DNA of 11,963 bases from NCBI GenBank assembly GCA_043228905.1, contig JBHGNT010001112.1, positions 1 to 11,963 on the forward strand, in the 5' to 3' direction. A program made the translations under genes and the position numbers. Position 1 is the stretch's first letter. Each line of letters starts with the position of its first letter. Positions 8,923-11,963 of this stretch are shown here, piece after piece. Below the pieces are notes generated by a model. The model was given only the letters and a program-made list of their open reading frames with translations, did no database searches and had not been told where the DNA came from. Origin of the DNA: Azolla caroliniana. Taxonomy: Eukaryota; Plantae; Polypodiophyta.

Positions 8923-10095
8923 TAAAGATTATTTCTGGAAAAGAAATAGGATAAGGTCAGAGATATAGTCATAACATCATGTCGTGATGTAAACATATCA
9001 TGGGCGAGCATTAATCGATATCATTATCTCACGTCAATACCCCTCTAGACGTATGAGATGAGGTTTAAGATCAGGTTACTATGGTAACACAAAGGTGTTT
9101 TAAAAACCATGGGGGTGACAAATAAATGTCTTTCCCTGATCTCTATATCGATTTTTTCATGGTGGCTCCCCGAGGCTCAACCATGTATGTTCGCGTCATG
9201 AATAGTTTATACACGAAAAAAATGTTAACAATAAACTATGTTTCGGTGCCCACATAAGTGGTTTCGGCTCTTTAAGTCCTATTACGAGGACCCCGAGGTG
9301 CACTTAGACCTTAAGTCTAAACATGTGTTATAGTCATATGTATCAAGGACGTTGTTTGGTCTTGGTCATATTTGAACTCGAGACCTCGAGAACAAATACA
9401 TTAAACACTTGAGCCAACCAAGTAAGTTGCTCTTCTCGAATGCTTAATGTTTGATGCGTATAAGAGATATGTGAGATCATATATGTTTTTTTTCAAAGAA
9501 CATATATGTCAAGGGTCCTTATTTCACCCTCATTTACCAAAACTATGTTGGTACGTTACCTATCCTCAAGTCTCGTAATTACGATGGCATACGCCAAAGT
9601 GCAACCTAATGGTGAAGCCAAATGAGCCCTTGTTTCGTAGTAGGCTCACGTGGGCCATCACATGGTCACGTCATTACGAATGCCTCTCGTAAGAACGAGC
9701 TCATGGTGGCATCGTATCCATGTAACGAGGGAGGGATGTTGGATACGTGCGTCATTGGAGCGACCTCACTTGAAGTGGGTCAAGCCCTACGTACTCAACA
9801 TCATTTTGGCTATTGGCGTTTCTTTATGTAACGAAATCGAGGTCGTCAACGGGGTTATCAACAATAAAAAAAATGTTGAAAAAGGGATGGTGACAACGCC
9901 ATTCTCACAAAAATGTGAGGACGGCCACCAACATCCTTTTCCCGACAAGGACAACTTTCGATATAATCACGTAATAACGAATATACACATATGTTTACTT
10001 ATCACATATATACGATCAAATATGTATATATGTGACCACATATGCCTATATTAAACATATCGTTATATTAAATAGCCACAAATGATGTGATCGAG

Positions 10096-10343
10096 ATACG
10101 TAATCGAGGTATATACCTCTACGCACACGAAACATCCACAAATAAGAGATCATCGTAATACGCAATTGAGGTATTGACCTCTTACGCATACGAGACCAAC
10201 CGCATATCGTTTACAACAAATCAACAACTCATACGCAAACGTAACATATGTTCGTGAACGTAATACGTAATTGAGGTATTAACCTCGTACGCATACGACA
10301 CTCATCACATATTATTAATATGTCAAACGAGGTATTGACCTCG
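10096..10343. repeat. Four-copy degenerate repeat with palindromic core GAGGT-N4-ACCTC in the leader of element C
   Basis: Cores at 10106-10119, 10168-10181, 10273-10286 and 10329-10342. The first three share the flanks ATACGYAATY...TACGCAYACGA. Confidence 0.9.
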
Positions 10344-10587
10344 TGCACATATGTAAACGTTTTAGATAATCAATTAAAGACCACTACAACATCATTGACT
10401 TAATGAAAAAAATTACATATAAACTAAACACATGATTAGATGGGAGAAGAGAGAATAGAAAGAAAAATTATGGAAAGAGTTACCGAAGTTCTTTGTTGAT
10501 CGTTGTCTGGATCAAGGCCAACCGCACAACGATCGATCAGCATCAATCAAAAGACAAATGAAAAACAAAGAAACATTAGTACGTAAA

Positions 10588-10597
10588 TCTGATACCA
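10588..10597 (-). other. Primer binding site (tRNA-iMet) of element C
   Basis: TGGTATCAGA on -, 2 nt inside the 5' LTR end. Confidence 0.92.
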
Positions 10598-10599
10598 AA

Positions 10600-11054
10600 T
10601 ATTATAGATCTCGGTACTAAAGTAAGCTTAAGATAAGAATAAAGAAATGAAAGATAGAAAGGAGAAAGAGAAAGAAGGGTGTTGATCCACCCGACCACCC
10701 CCGAGCAAAGGGATTGAGACGGACTCGAGCCTCGATCGGCGTCCCATACCACCGCCGTGGCGTCGAGTCGTACCTGGTGCTGGAGCGCTCGCTACAAGAG
10801 TTGACCCACCACACGAGCAGAGTCTCGATGTAGTCAAAAGATGATCAAATGAGGGTAGCTAGGCCTCTTATTTATAGCGATACCCAAGGCCCCCAGGCAA
10901 GTTCACACTTGACCTAATGGGTTGTCTCAATCCCGAGGATTAAAAGTAATCCTCCCCTTCTTTACACTCTCGTTTAACCCTCACACTTATCCACGTGTAT
11001 AGAATACTACTGTAAATTCTTACCACGGGATATTATATGGTCATGCCCGTAACA
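10600..11054 (-). repeat. 5' LTR of element C (455 bp)
   Basis: Direct repeat of 4061-4515, adjacent to the PBS. Confidence 0.97.
10869..10877 (-). promoter_or_regulatory. TATA box of element C 5' LTR
   Basis: CTATAAATA on -, with the same motif at 4330-4338 in the 3' LTR. Confidence 0.7.
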
Positions 11055-11096
11055 GGTCCCGCCTCGTTCTCCATGCACGCGCGTAACAACGCGACA
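11055..11096 (+). repeat. Right TSD copy (11055-11059) plus remaining U5 end of element B 5' LTR
   Basis: GGTCCCGCCTCGTT...CGCGACA, homologous to the end of A's LTR (reverse complement of about 1230-1275) and followed by a PBS. Confidence 0.87.
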
Positions 11097-11100
11097 TATT

Positions 11101-11118
11101 TGGTGAACCTGACGTGAA
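11101..11118 (+). other. Primer binding site of element B, complementary to tRNA-Trp
   Basis: TGGTGAACCTGACGTGAA lies 4 nt after the LTR end. It differs by one C>T from TGGTGAACCCGACGTGAA, the complement of the plant cytosolic tRNA-Trp 3' end as I recall it. Confidence 0.8.
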
Positions 11119-11139
11119 CAGGCGGTAGAGGAATAGAAG

Positions 11140-11963
11140 ATGAGGGGGTTGGATCTCGCGGAAGCCATGGCTTTGGCTGTGGATCAGGTAGTGTGTGCGC
11201 CCGAAGGCGCAGGCGCCCTCAATAGGGCTATTGAAGCGGTCGTCGGCACGATAGGCCGGTTCGGTGGGAAGGATGCCACGAGCTATTTGGAGGCCTACCG
11301 GGCCGAGATGGTAATGAGAGACATTCTGGAAGAAAGACGACTGACCGGATTCTCTCGGGTGGCGATGCCGGGCATCCATGCGGAGGTGCTCGAGGTATGG
11401 GCTGAGAGCCGGACCTGGGAAGAGTTTGAAGATCGGCTCCTCGAAAAATACGGGCTTGAAGACGCGCTTCGACTCTCGAAACGGGACTTCATGGAATGGG
11501 TAGAGACCCCCGAAAAGGGGAGAAACGCGTCAGTGCTCCTCCGGGAGTTTGAAGAATGCTTTGTGCGTCTTTCGGCGCTCGAATGGACCGTACTAGACAC
11601 AAGTCGCGTCCTGCTGTTTGTTAAGTCGGTGGATGCGAGGGACCGGGAGCAAGTGGGTCTCCTGCTGGAGACTGATGACGGGTTGACGGCCGACTAGGCT
11701 GTGGTGAAGAGAGTCTGTGGCCGTTTCAATAAACGGCGAGAGTGGGTCGATAAAGGATCAACAGGGGCAGGCTATGTAGCAGCAAGGAAACTCGAACCAA
11801 CCCCGCTAGTGCGAAGGGAAGAGACCCGAGACTGGCTCGAGACCGGATCGACTTCGACCGACATGGTCAAAGGCTCGTCCGGAGGAGCAACTCTAGAGGA
11901 GCTGACTAGGATGGTAAAGTACCTCAAGATTGCATAGGCACGGAGGGACGGTGGCGAACATGC
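11140..11963 (+). pseudogene. gag: gag of gypsy element B (3'-partial)
   Basis: ATG 22 nt after the PBS. Gag-like GRFGGKDATSYLEAY and TWEEFEDRLLEKY. In-frame TAG stops at 11695 and 11935 join the two listed ORFs. Confidence 0.82.

Larger units (their letters stand above)
4061..11054 (-). mobile_element. Full-length Ty3/gypsy chromovirus (element C), 6994 bp, coding-disabled
   Basis: Paired 455-bp LTRs, 5-bp TSD, iMet PBS, PPT, and domain order gag-PR-RT-RH-INT-chromodomain. Confidence 0.97.

Noticed and set aside
9622-10054. Plus-strand ORFs (69 and 134 aa) as an antisense accessory gene of element C
   Set aside because: They are short, the longer one has a non-ATG start, there is no recognisable motif and the composition is low-complexity. 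They cannot be supported without conservation data.
10096-10343. CRISPR array (palindromic ~35-nt repeats with spacers)
   Set aside because: The repeats are degenerate, spacer lengths are irregular (27/69/29), the spacer starts resemble each other, there are no cas genes, and the array sits inside a eukaryotic retrotransposon leader.

Overview
This window is a eukaryotic (land-plant, probably bryophyte-like by inference) nest of LTR retrotransposons, with no host gene and no prokaryotic system. From left to right: (D) the 3' end of a Ty1/copia element on + (RNase H to 514, PPT, 3' LTR 525-1054); a 175-bp unassigned spacer; (A) the 3' end of a decayed non-chromovirus Ty3/gypsy element on - (3' LTR 1230-2025, PPT, integrase 2097-3400); (B) a related gypsy element on +, inserted into A at 3400/3401 (5' LTR from 3401, tRNA-Trp-type PBS 11101-11118, gag from 11140, running off the window); and (C) a full-length 6994-bp chromovirus on - (4061-11054) inserted into the end of B's LTR with a GGTCC target-site duplication. 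C has 455-bp LTRs (14 differences counted), an iMet PBS, a ~1.66-kb leader and a single gag-pol frame disabled by six stops and one frameshift. The most unusual observations are an array of GAGGT-N4-ACCTC hairpin repeats in C's leader, the same non-canonical TG...TA terminus in both C LTRs, and the tRNA-Trp PBS of B. I found no convincing evidence of a wholly new system.
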